NCBI RefSeq assembly: GCF_000018105.1
Contig: NC_009925.1
Coordinates: forward strand, 3,660,001 to 3,692,000
From: Acaryochloris marina MBIC11017
Lineage (GTDB): Bacteria; Cyanobacteriota; Cyanobacteriia; Thermosynechococcales; Thermosynechococcaceae
Length of the DNA: 32,000 bases
Reading direction: 5' to 3'
Shown: positions 17,365 through 26,089 of the stretch, one piece after another
How positions within the stretch are numbered: the first letter of the stretch is position 1
Layout: each line of letters opens with the position of its first letter
The notes under the pieces: generated by a model
Seen by the model: only the letters and a program-made list of their open reading frames with translations
What the model was told of the DNA's origin: nothing
Databases searched by the model: none
Translations under genes and position numbers: made by a program

Positions 17365-18657
17365 TTAACCTGCATCTAAAGTGTTGCGATTTGAGCAGCT
17401 AAAGGAATAGCTCATGACGCCGCTCACCAAATACAAAACACAAAATGCTATCGAAAATAGTAACACTGATGATTCATCACTCTGAAAGATGGTATATCCT
17501 ACCCAGATTGAGCTAATTGAAAGGAAAAACCTAACGATTTGCCATACTAGATCTAACTCTTGCTTTTCGGCAATAATAAACATTGAGCAAAGAGGGATCG
17601 TAATAAATTGGCAAAACAGCATTGGTGACAGCAGACGCGCATAAACACCAGATTGAACCCATGCTTGACCAAAAAATAAAGTAAACAAGTAAGGACTTGC
17701 AATTAGAAAAACAGCAAAAGGTATAACAGCGATTAGCAGGAGGTACTTGAATGTCTTTAAAAAAAGTTGACTGCACTCCCCTTTAGCGATGTACTGCTTA
17801 GAGGCTGCTTCGCGAAAAACATCACTAATTGCATTACCAAGCAGGGCCATCGGCAGCGCTATGACTCGAAACGTTAGTGAATAAAAGCCCGAAAATGCAG
17901 GGCCGTAAAGACTTTGAAATAGCATAATGGGCATATTCCCAGAGACCGCATTCATCATGTGCCCGAGCAACAAGAATTTCGGGAATTTGATATGACGTTG
18001 AGCTTGTTGCTTAATGCGCTTAAGATTGATATCGACTAGTCCTGGATGCTTAAGTAGGAAGGCCAGCATTTGATAGACAGCATATATAACCCCAATAAAC
18101 TGCCCGAATACATAGCCAATCACTAAACCAACATCAGATACCTTATAAAGAGCCAGCTGAGTGGTTACTACAGCCAAAGATAATGTCACCTTATTGAAGG
18201 TAATAATTCTATATGATTTAACGCGATTAAACCAATAGTATGTTGATTGATAAGCAGCTAGTAAAAATATTGAAATTGGTAAAAGACGTAAGTAAGTATT
18301 TAAGTTTTTTAGGCTAACAATGGTAGCAATTGGACCACTAAACCCATAAAAAAATAACCAAAGAAATATACAAAAAGTTGCAGCAAGACTAATGCATAGC
18401 ACAACAATATTGAGAGCATCGCCATCTTCTTCAGGTAAGATGATGGACTGCTCATACCGGCCAGTAGCTGGGATGGCCATGATAATTGAGATAGACATGA
18501 AGAGGGCTAGCCCACCAAATGTTTCTGGCGAGTAGACTCGGGTTAGAACTGGCGACAAAACGACTGGAATGGCTTGTGCTAAAGCAGTGCCTGTCATCAA
18601 TGTGAAGACATTACGGAAGAAGGGTATGTTCGTGAGTTTCTGACTACGCTTCAGCAA
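17365..18657 (-). CDS. wzx: Wzx-type oligosaccharide flippase (polysaccharide biosynthesis protein, MOP superfamily)
   Basis: 430 aa with about 12 TM segments. The N-terminal pattern FFRNVFTLMTGTALAQ..P.LTRVYSPETFG is typical of Wzx. The start is TTG at 18657, because the first ATG would truncate the conserved N-terminus. Confidence 0.7.
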   Translation of the reverse strand: MLKRSQKLTNIPFFRNVFTLMTGTALAQAIPVVLSPVLTRVYSPETFGGLALFMSISIIMAIPATGRYEQSIILPEEDGDALNIVVLCISLAATFCIFLWLFFYGFSGPIATIVSLKNLNTYLRLLPISIFLLAAYQSTYYWFNRVKSYRIITFNKVTLSLAVVTTQLALYKVSDVGLVIGYVFGQFIGVIYAVYQMLAFLLKHPGLVDINLKRIKQQAQRHIKFPKFLLLGHMMNAVSGNMPIMLFQSLYGPAFSGFYSLTFRVIALPMALLGNAISDVFREAASKQYIAKGECSQLFLKTFKYLLLIAVIPFAVFLIASPYLFTLFFGQAWVQSGVYARLLSPMLFCQFITIPLCSMFIIAEKQELDLVWQIVRFFLSISSIWVGYTIFQSDESSVLLFSIAFCVLYLVSGVMSYSFSCSNRNTLDAG

Positions 18658-18681
18658 AATTCTCGCCTGGTTTTTGATGAC

Positions 18682-19836
18682 TTACCCAAAGTAGAATTTT
18701 TGGATAGTTTTTATGATGATGTTTTGAGTATCAGGCTGAAGCTCTGGCCAAATCGGTAGACTTAAGACTTCTTGGGTATATTGACTACTCACTTCCAGCG
18801 TATCGTACTGGCCCAGATAAACAGGTAGCTGATCTTGAGGGACGGGGTAATAGATCATCGACCCTATATCATGGTCTGCTAGATACTGCTTGAGCGCATC
18901 ACGCTTCCCATCTAAGACGCGAACTGTATATTGGTGGAATACATGTCCTTTAACAACCTGTGGTGTCACAATCCCAGGTAAATTTGCTAAACCGTCATTG
19001 TAACTTTGGGCAACTTGGCGACGTCCTCTATTCCAACCGTCGATATGCTGCAATTTGACCCTCAAAATAGCCGCTTGAATAGCATCAAGACGAGAGTTAT
19101 ATCCTAATACCTCATTGTGATACTTCTTCAACGCCCCATGGACGCGGAGCATCTTAGCGGTCTCTGCAATGGCATCGTCATTTGTGGTGATGAGACCTCC
19201 GTCACCATAAGCCCCTAAATTCTTAGATGGGAAAAATGAAAAGGCCCCAACATCTCCTATCGTTCCTACTGCTTGATCGCGGAGGTGGCCAACTTTTAAT
19301 GGGTCGTTGGCTGACTCATTGTTGTCTTCATCACTCCTATAGTGTGCTCCAAATGCCTGGGCACAATCCTCAATCACTTTTAGATTATATTTTTGGGCAA
19401 CTTTTATAATGGTCGCCATAGCCGCTGGATGACCATATAAATGTACGGGTAAAATGGCCTTAGTCTTTGGGGTAATTTGAGCTTCAATGTGATCAGCATT
19501 TAGGTTAAATGTTTGGGGATCAATATCCACAAATATCGGTTTGGCCCCTACATTACTGATCGATTCTGCTGTAGCAAAAAACGAGAAGGGAGTCGTAATG
19601 ACCTCATCTTCTGGCCCTATCCCAGATGCTTTAAGGCCAATGACTAAAGCATCGGTGCCTGAGTTGACACCAATTGCATGTTGGACCCCGAGGTAAGCGG
19701 CCACTTCTTGCTCAAACTGTTTGACTTCCGGTCCCATAATGAAAGCGCCAGATTCCAGGACCCGATCAAGAGCAGTATGGATGTCGGTTTTGATGCTGGC
19801 ATATTGGGGTTTGAGATCAAGAATCGGAATTTTCAT
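18682..19836 (-). CDS. wbpE: DegT/DnrJ/EryC1-family PLP-dependent sugar aminotransferase (WbpE-like by context)
   Basis: It has GVNSGTDAL and FSFFPSKNLGAYGDGG (the PLP Lys region), and it sits next to wbpD/wbpB/wbpA-like genes. Confidence 0.8.
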   Translation of the reverse strand: MKIPILDLKPQYASIKTDIHTALDRVLESGAFIMGPEVKQFEQEVAAYLGVQHAIGVNSGTDALVIGLKASGIGPEDEVITTPFSFFATAESISNVGAKPIFVDIDPQTFNLNADHIEAQITPKTKAILPVHLYGHPAAMATIIKVAQKYNLKVIEDCAQAFGAHYRSDEDNNESANDPLKVGHLRDQAVGTIGDVGAFSFFPSKNLGAYGDGGLITTNDDAIAETAKMLRVHGALKKYHNEVLGYNSRLDAIQAAILRVKLQHIDGWNRGRRQVAQSYNDGLANLPGIVTPQVVKGHVFHQYTVRVLDGKRDALKQYLADHDIGSMIYYPVPQDQLPVYLGQYDTLEVSSQYTQEVLSLPIWPELQPDTQNIIIKTIQKFYFG

Positions 19837-19845
19837 GCCTGGGTA

Positions 19846-20445
19846 CTAAAGTTTGCGGACTTCTATTTCAGTGACTTTTTGATATTGGTTACCTGCTGAG
19901 TCTACAGCATAGCCAGTGTTGTCGAATTCTAAAATATCTCCATAGGCACTCATCCAACCTACGAGACGGGCTGGAACACCAGCAACCATGCCGTAGGCAG
20001 GAACATCCTTAGTAACCACTGCTCCAGCAGCAACGAACGCACCTTCGTGTAAGGTTACTCCACAGACAATAGTGGCATTGGCACCTATACTAGCGCCGCG
20101 TTTGATCCAGGTTTTATGGTAGTCAGCACTGGTATTACGTGGAAATTCACACCGAGGTGTTTTAACGTTGGTAAACACCATACTGGGGCCACAAAAGACA
20201 TAGTCTTCTAAGATGACACCTTCATACAGGGAGACATTATTCTGAATTTTGCATTGATTGCCGATGATGACATTGTTCGCAACAGTCACATTTTGACCTA
20301 AAACACAGTTTTGGCCGATTAGGGTTTTGCCATAAATATGACAAAAATGCCAAATTTTAGTCCCTGTACCAATCTTTGCACCTTCATCGACATAGGAAGA
20401 TTCATGAATAAAATAGTCTCGTTGCTTTCTATTTGACTCACCCAC
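19846..20445 (-). CDS. wbpD: UDP-2-acetamido-3-amino-2,3-dideoxy-glucuronate N-acetyltransferase-like hexapeptide transferase (WbpD/WlbB-like)
   Basis: The blocks KIWHFCHI...GQNV...[30 protein letters not shown] and [11 protein letters not shown]...[22 protein letters not shown] match the WbpD/WlbB pattern. The GTG start overlaps the wbpB-like stop by 8 nt. Confidence 0.82.
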   Translation of the reverse strand: MGESNRKQRDYFIHESSYVDEGAKIGTGTKIWHFCHIYGKTLIGQNCVLGQNVTVANNVIIGNQCKIQNNVSLYEGVILEDYVFCGPSMVFTNVKTPRCEFPRNTSADYHKTWIKRGASIGANATIVCGVTLHEGAFVAAGAVVTKDVPAYGMVAGVPARLVGWMSAYGDILEFDNTGYAVDSAGNQYQKVTEIEVRKL

Positions 20446-21382
20446 GCATTGCCTCCTGGGCCTTTTCTAAAATGTCAACTACGGCAACTCCATTCCAACC
20501 ATTCGATCGGGGCTGTTGGCGTGTTTTCAAACATTCAAGGAAATGTTCGCACTCTAACTTAAGGGGCTGTGTTGTCGCTACGTTAGCGAGCCAGGACCCT
20601 GTATCTGTATTTTGAAGATTGGTATCAATGGATTTTTCGTAAACGGTGACTTGTTGGGTGACTTCGTCATAAACCAGCATTTGCTGTTCTGCCAGGATAG
20701 TGGTGCATCGCTGTAGTAAAGGGTGATACCAAGACGCATGAATATGAGCGGTTTGGCCATTCTCAAAGACCAAATCAACATGCACATTATCTTCAACATC
20801 CGGCTGAAGTATGGCATGACCGCTGGCTTGGATGGATTTGAGCGTCGGGTTGCCCAGTAGATCGAGAACAACGGAGACGTCATGGGGGGCAAAGGACCAC
20901 CATACATTTTCTTCTGCACGGACTCTTCCCAACTTGGCTCGTTGGGCCATAACATGGAGGACTTTACCTGCTTTTCCAGTAGAGAGATAGTCTCTCATCC
21001 ATGCGATCGCAGGTTGATACAGCAATAAATGTCCCACCATCAAAATGAGATCGTGTTGATCGGCATATTTCGCCAATGCGATCGCATCTTGTGTGTTTAA
21101 GGTCATTGGTTTTTCGATAAATACATCTTTACCGGCAGCTAAAGCTGCTTTTGCCAATGAATAATGGGTCGGTGCTGGTGTTGCAATGACAATGGCCGAA
21201 ATGTCGGTATTTAAAACATCGCGATAATCAGCATACACCTGAAGATCTGGATAGCTATTGGCTACCGCCTGACGCAAATCTGAACTCATTTCAGCCACTC
21301 CTGCTAAAGCATTGAGTTCATGAAAATTCTTGACGAGGTTCTTACCCCAGTTTCCTGCGCCGACGACAACAACTTGTTTCAT
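20438..21382 (-). CDS. wbpB: Gfo/Idh/MocA-family oxidoreductase (WbpB-like UDP-GlcNAcA 3-dehydrogenase by context)
   Basis: It has an N-terminal Rossmann motif [12 protein letters not shown] and the EKP motif (FIEKPMT). It is 314 aa and lies between wbpA-like and wbpD-like genes. Confidence 0.75.
   Translation of the reverse strand: MKQVVVVGAGNWGKNLVKNFHELNALAGVAEMSSDLRQAVANSYPDLQVYADYRDVLNTDISAIVIATPAPTHYSLAKAALAAGKDVFIEKPMTLNTQDAIALAKYADQHDLILMVGHLLLYQPAIAWMRDYLSTGKAGKVLHVMAQRAKLGRVRAEENVWWSFAPHDVSVVLDLLGNPTLKSIQASGHAILQPDVEDNVHVDLVFENGQTAHIHASWYHPLLQRCTTILAEQQMLVYDEVTQQVTVYEKSIDTNLQNTDTGSWLANVATTQPLKLECEHFLECLKTRQQPRSNGWNGVAVVDILEKAQEAMRG
21003..21010. repeat. HIP1 palindrome GCGATCGC
   Basis: Perfect 8-mer. 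Confidence 0.9.
21078..21085. repeat. HIP1 palindrome GCGATCGC
   Basis: Perfect 8-mer. Confidence 0.9.
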
Positions 21383-21409
21383 AGAGAGACTGACGAATTC
21401 TAAATGGAT

Positions 21410-22750
21410 CTAGAGCAGTGTAATTTTAGATTGATATGAGGTAGATTGTGCGTCTGATAATTTTCGGGTAATCCCACGAGTATCTAGTATTGCCGTTGAC
21501 TGTTCTACTAAGTGAGCATAGTCAACGGCGGAATGGTCTGTGGCAATAATGACTAGATCATATTGACTTAAGGTTGTGTTCCCGAAATCAACGGATTGCA
21601 TCTGATGCCCTTCAATCGTAATTATTGGCACAAAAGGATCATAATAATCCAAGCTCACGTGATCGCGTAATAGTAGCTTAACGATGTCAATAGAAGGAGA
21701 TTCACGCCAATCTCCTAAGTCTTTTTTATAAGCAACTCCCATGACCAGCACTTTCGCTTTTGATGGGGCTATACCTATCTGGTTCAGGGTTCGTAGCGTT
21801 TTTTCTCTGACGAATTCGGGCATCCGCCGATTGATCTCTCCTGCTAAAGCAATAAAATGAGTTTCAAAATTGAACTCCTTAGCTTTCCACTCTAGATAAT
21901 GTGGATCAATGGGAATGCAGTGCCCGCCAACCCCTGGCCCAGGATAGAAAGGCATAATCCCAAAAGGCTTGGTGTTAGCGGCATCCAGTACTTCCCAGAC
22001 ATTCAGATCCATGCGATCACATAGCATGGCTAACTCGTTGACTAGAGCAATATTGACTGCCCTAAAGGTATTCTCAAAAACCTTAACTAGCTCAGCAGCT
22101 TTAGCGCTGCTGACGGGAACGACGTGATCAATGGTTTGCTGATAAAAAAGGGTAGCGATTTCTAGGGAGACAGGGTCAGATGCACCAACAACCTTATTGG
22201 TATTCTTAGTGGTGTAACGCTGATTACCAGGATCAACCCGTTCAGGAGAGTGGCCTAAGAAAAAATCTTTACCTTGCGTTAAGCCGCTAGACTCCAACAC
22301 AGGTTTAATCACTTCATCCGTTGTACCAGGGTAAGTCGTTGATTCAAGGGTAATCAATTGACCGGAACGCAATTCTGGTGCTATCCCCTGGGTCACGCTC
22401 TCGATATAAGAGAGGTTTGGAGTCATATTTTTGGATAATGGTGTTGGTACGCAAATCACCAATACATCCATGTGCGAGACCTGATCAAACCCACAGATAG
22501 CCTTGAGCTTACCGTTGGCAACTACTGCTGCTAACTCATCAGAATCAACATCATGAATGTAATTTTGAGCTGCATTTACAGCATCGGCACGATCGGGATT
22601 CTGCTCCACTCCAATCACATGAAATCCCACTTTGGCCTTTTCGACAGCAAATGGTAATCCTACATACCCGAGGCCGATTACTCCAACAACTGCTGTACGA
22701 TCAAGAATTTTTGCTTTTAAGTGATTAAACAAATTAGATGAATCAGACAC
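21410..22750 (-). CDS. wbpA: UDP-N-acetyl-hexosamine 6-dehydrogenase (nucleotide-sugar dehydrogenase, WbpA-like by context)
   Basis: It has VIGLGYVGLPFA NAD binding and the catalytic-Cys region GPGVGGHCIPIDP. It is 446 aa. The start is GTG at 22750, with no nearby ATG. Confidence 0.75.
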   Translation of the reverse strand: MSDSSNLFNHLKAKILDRTAVVGVIGLGYVGLPFAVEKAKVGFHVIGVEQNPDRADAVNAAQNYIHDVDSDELAAVVANGKLKAICGFDQVSHMDVLVICVPTPLSKNMTPNLSYIESVTQGIAPELRSGQLITLESTTYPGTTDEVIKPVLESSGLTQGKDFFLGHSPERVDPGNQRYTTKNTNKVVGASDPVSLEIATLFYQQTIDHVVPVSSAKAAELVKVFENTFRAVNIALVNELAMLCDRMDLNVWEVLDAANTKPFGIMPFYPGPGVGGHCIPIDPHYLEWKAKEFNFETHFIALAGEINRRMPEFVREKTLRTLNQIGIAPSKAKVLVMGVAYKKDLGDWRESPSIDIVKLLLRDHVSLDYYDPFVPIITIEGHQMQSVDFGNTTLSQYDLVIIATDHSAVDYAHLVEQSTAILDTRGITRKLSDAQSTSYQSKITLL

Positions 22751-23070
22751 AATGGGGAAAGGACTCTAGAAGGAACTCATTGACTTAATAAGTCTAGGCA
22801 GATGCTCATTCAAGTGTTTATATCACAATAACGAGATTGATATATGCTCTGTGGCAAGTCTTCTCAACGTCATATTGGCGAGGTTGTAACTGATGTGACC
22901 GCTAAGCAGCATATATTTCGTATGTCTAAGGACTCGAAGTAGAAAGCATGGTCAAGCTACATGCTTGTATCGTCATGAACGTCTCGTAATCTCATAAGTT
23001 CCCTGTGGCTGATGCACTCTACACCTCTTGTGACTAGCCAGTAGATTAGCTGGTATCTACAAAAATATCG

Positions 23071-25005
23071 TTAACGAGGCGAGACAGGCGTCTTGGTCTG
23101 ATATCCAGGTACTAGCTTCTGAAGTAAAGACCGAATTTCCATGGAATCGTTAATGGATGCAGATTGCAGTAAATCAGCAACATGTTGCAATAGCTGACTA
23201 GGAATATTTTGACTAGCATTTTTGACGACCAGCAACTTCTCATGCCCAGTCTTTTGATATTCTTCATCTGGCAGGAACAACTCTTCAAATAGCTTTTCGC
23301 CGGGCCGTAACCCGGTATAAGCAATTTCTATATCTTTGCCAACTTGGTAACCCGATAAGCAAATGAGATCCTTCGCTAAATCCACAATTTTTACAGGCTC
23401 CCCCATATTCAGCATCAATATCTCCCCGCCAGGGCTCATCACCACTGCTTGTAGGACTAATTGCACTGCTTCTGGGATGGTCATAAAATACCGGCATATC
23501 TCTGGATGAGTCACTGTGACCGGTCCACCTGCAGCAATCTGTCGTTTGAATGTAGGAATCACACTGCCTCGACTACCCAGAACATTGCCAAATCGAACAA
23601 CGACAAATGGGAGTCCGCTAGTTTGCGCTGCTTTTAGCACAATCATTTCGGCAATACGCTTGCTAGCTCCCATTACATTGGTAGGGTTAACAGCTTTGTC
23701 CGTAGAAATCATGACAAAATGTTGTACCCCAAATTCAACGGCCAAATCAGTTAATGCTTTGGTGCCTAGAACATTATTGGTGACAGCTTCAGGCGCATTA
23801 TTTTCCATTAAAGGGACATGCTTGTGGGCTGCTGCATGGAATACGACTTCTGGTTGGTACTCTTCAAAGGCAAACCGTAAGCGAGAGGGATGTCTTAGAT
23901 CTGCAATGAAAGGTCTAAGTATAGGAACGGATACATCAGAACTGGCAACACCATTATGATTCTGATATTGGAGAAGTTCTTGTTGTATCTGGAATACAGA
24001 GTTTTCTCCATGACCCAGCAGAATAAGTTCTGCTGGTGCACAACGAAAGATTTGTCGACAGAGTTCGCTACCAATCGATCCACCAGCTCCAGTCACCAAT
24101 ACCCGGCGGCCTTTAAGAAGCTGACGAACACCTTGTATATCTGTCTGGATAGGTTCACGACGAAGCAGATCTTCAATCTGCACTTCCCGAATGCTGTTTT
24201 GTAAATCTTGCTGACCGACTAAGACATCTTGTAACGCTGGTAAGGTTAAGGTCTCAACGCCAGTCATTTGACATAGTGCAACAATATCTCGTAGGCTCTG
24301 GCCTGATAAAGAAGGCATGGCAATAATCACGGTCTGAATATGCCAAGATTTAATCGTATCTGGAATGACATTCCGATTACCAACGACGGGTAATCCCCGG
24401 ATGCGCAAATTTAATTTTGCAGGGTTGTCATCGACAAAAGCGATAGGCAGTAAACCAATATGGGGACTCCGTTCCAGCTCTTGTACAAGAGCAACACCTG
24501 CATTACCTGCCCCTACAACTAATGCTCTTTTCCTTAAGTCTCTGCGTTCAGAGGTTTCAAGTTGACGCTTTCTCCGTTCTATTGCCCGAACACTAAACCG
24601 AATACCGCCAATAATGAGTAGTGTGAGCAGACCATCCAAAAACGGCAAGGATCGTGGCAAGGACAAAATGGAAAGGGATTTTAGCACTGCAAATGCTAAA
24701 GTTTGCAAAATAACTGATGAGCCTGTGAGCACAGCAACATTGCTCAACTCATCAATGCTTGCATAACGCCAGTAGTGCTTATAAAAACCACCTGACAGGA
24801 AAACAGTGAGTTTAATCACCATAAATAGCAAGGTGGCTAGCAATAAGTCAGCTTGGTATCGTTCGAAAGTCAGGATAAATCCCAGCGCACTATCTAAGCG
24901 CAAGCTCAAAGCAAACAGTGGGATAAATGTAAAGGCAATAATATCAACAAGTAAAAAGTGACGATTTCTGAGATGCAGGCAGTAATTTCCTAACCTATCG
25001 ATCAT
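23071..25005 (-). CDS. membrane-anchored CapD/WbpM/PglF-family UDP-GlcNAc 4,6-dehydratase
   Basis: 644 aa with about 4 N-terminal TM helices. It has VLVTGAGGSIGSEL and the family-typical ISTDKAVNPTNVMGASKRIAE motif. Confidence 0.9.
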   Translation of the reverse strand: MIDRLGNYCLHLRNRHFLLVDIIAFTFIPLFALSLRLDSALGFILTFERYQADLLLATLLFMVIKLTVFLSGGFYKHYWRYASIDELSNVAVLTGSSVILQTLAFAVLKSLSILSLPRSLPFLDGLLTLLIIGGIRFSVRAIERRKRQLETSERRDLRKRALVVGAGNAGVALVQELERSPHIGLLPIAFVDDNPAKLNLRIRGLPVVGNRNVIPDTIKSWHIQTVIIAMPSLSGQSLRDIVALCQMTGVETLTLPALQDVLVGQQDLQNSIREVQIEDLLRREPIQTDIQGVRQLLKGRRVLVTGAGGSIGSELCRQIFRCAPAELILLGHGENSVFQIQQELLQYQNHNGVASSDVSVPILRPFIADLRHPSRLRFAFEEYQPEVVFHAAAHKHVPLMENNAPEAVTNNVLGTKALTDLAVEFGVQHFVMISTDKAVNPTNVMGASKRIAEMIVLKAAQTSGLPFVVVRFGNVLGSRGSVIPTFKRQIAAGGPVTVTHPEICRYFMTIPEAVQLVLQAVVMSPGGEILMLNMGEPVKIVDLAKDLICLSGYQVGKDIEIAYTGLRPGEKLFEELFLPDEEYQKTGHEKLLVVKNASQNIPSQLLQHVADLLQSASINDSMEIRSLLQKLVPGYQTKTPVSPR

Positions 25006-25873
25006 TGAGGTAAACCTTAAGGGGAGAAGTCTCGGTGCTACTTTAGTAGACTGAATAATAAAGCGATGGGTTTCTTTGCGTGTGTTTTTGTGGCTGTTGT
25101 TAGTAAAAAGCTATTCTTTGTCAAAATATAAAAGTTCATAAAAATTATACTGGATTCTTAATTATTTTTCTCATCGCAATATAATCTTTGGATCTACTGC
25201 ATGGAGGCTGTCAGTGCAGAAAATAGGCCAGGTAATCGAGGTGAAATTAAATGCATAGGGTGTTCATATCAATACAGTTCAAAAGACAACCTTTTCTCAG
25301 CAAAACAACTGCAGGATGGTTGAAGATATATCTAGAACATCTTTTAACCAAGCCATATTAGTTTTTGTAAAGAGTTAAAGAGCACCTCAGAAACTAGATT
25401 GACTTGAGATTTGAAGGGCCTGTAAATACTACAGTATTGATAAGGCTCGTTTATACTCCATCAGGATTTATTTTTTTAGATAATCCTAGTCAATTTAAAG
25501 CTATACGTGCGTAGTAAAAGGAAGTTGAGTTGAGGTTGGCAAGTACTGCTAGTTTACGATAAACATATTGTGCGTTGTTGCTATTTCAATTCCATGATTT
25601 GATCGCATTTAAGTTAAATACTTTAGTCTGTTATAAATGCCAAATCATTTTTAATGATATTTCAATGATACTTAAGTGTGAATCTCTTAGTTCGATCTAA
25701 ATTGACGACTCAAAAAGAGAGGATCTATCTGGTTGAAAAGTTAGGTTTTAATGAGGTAAAAAGACTTCGATGCAATCATATTGGGGTCTCTATCTCTATA
25801 TAGACAAACTCAACTTATTTTGACCAAGTTCTATCGACTTCATCTTTCTTGAGGGTCAATCTAGAAGTAGGAT

Positions 25874-25903
25874 TTGTTAGTCTCTGGACTTCAAACGTAT
25901 ACT
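25874..25903 (+). promoter_or_regulatory. candidate promoter of a short plus-strand transcript
   Basis: TTGTTA (25874-25879), an 18-nt spacer, then TATACT (25898-25903). Confidence 0.3.
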
Positions 25904-25909
25904 GATTCT

Positions 25910-26089
25910 CACCATGTTTGGATGAGTGGGAATAATATTTAATATGTGCGACAGCTGGAGTTTAACAGTTGTTGGGAGAAGTCCCTATCCAATAGTGGAT
26001 AGGCATCAAGTCTTGTGGAGTGATGTGCAGAGTGGGTAAGTTTCTTTAACTAAAAAGACGCTAGCATCCAGAAATTCTAGCGTCTTTTT
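25910..26089 (+). ncRNA. candidate ~180-nt transcript (sRNA or small-protein mRNA) bounded by the promoter-like element and the terminator
   Basis: The unit runs from the promoter-like element at 25874-25903 to the strong terminator at 26052-26089. It has an internal 7-bp hairpin at 25984-26003. It contains a 31-codon ORF (25944..26039, MCDSWSLTVVGRSPYPIVDRHQVLWSDVQSG) with no SD. Confidence 0.25.
26052..26089. terminator. bidirectional rho-independent terminator
   Basis: The stem gacgctag (26057-26064) / ctagcgtc (26077-26084) is extended by A5 (26052-26056) and T5 (26085-26089), with a 12-nt loop. Confidence 0.6.

Noticed and set aside
23516-23959. A 147-aa plus-strand ORF lies antisense inside the CapD-like gene. 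Similar nested ORFs lie at 9049..9417, 9424..9681, 20578..20955, 27690..28010, 28254..28553, 29863..30051 and 31697..31990.
   Set aside because: All of them lie inside longer ORFs that have clear family motifs. They have no SD, and their low-complexity, Arg/Ser/Leu-rich composition is typical of shadow frames.
1526-25005. The glycan locus could be a tRNA-targeted genomic island integrated at trnL.
   Set aside because: Islands normally integrate at the tRNA 3' end, which here faces away from the locus (towards 1526). I see no integrase gene and no direct repeat of the tRNA 3' end elsewhere in the window.
25201-25323. A 40-codon plus-strand ORF (MEAVSAENRPGNRGEIKCIGCSYQ...) lies in the ORF-free region.
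   Set aside because: It has no SD, no nearby promoter/terminator pair, and only a single CxxC. It cannot be told apart from chance in AT-rich DNA.
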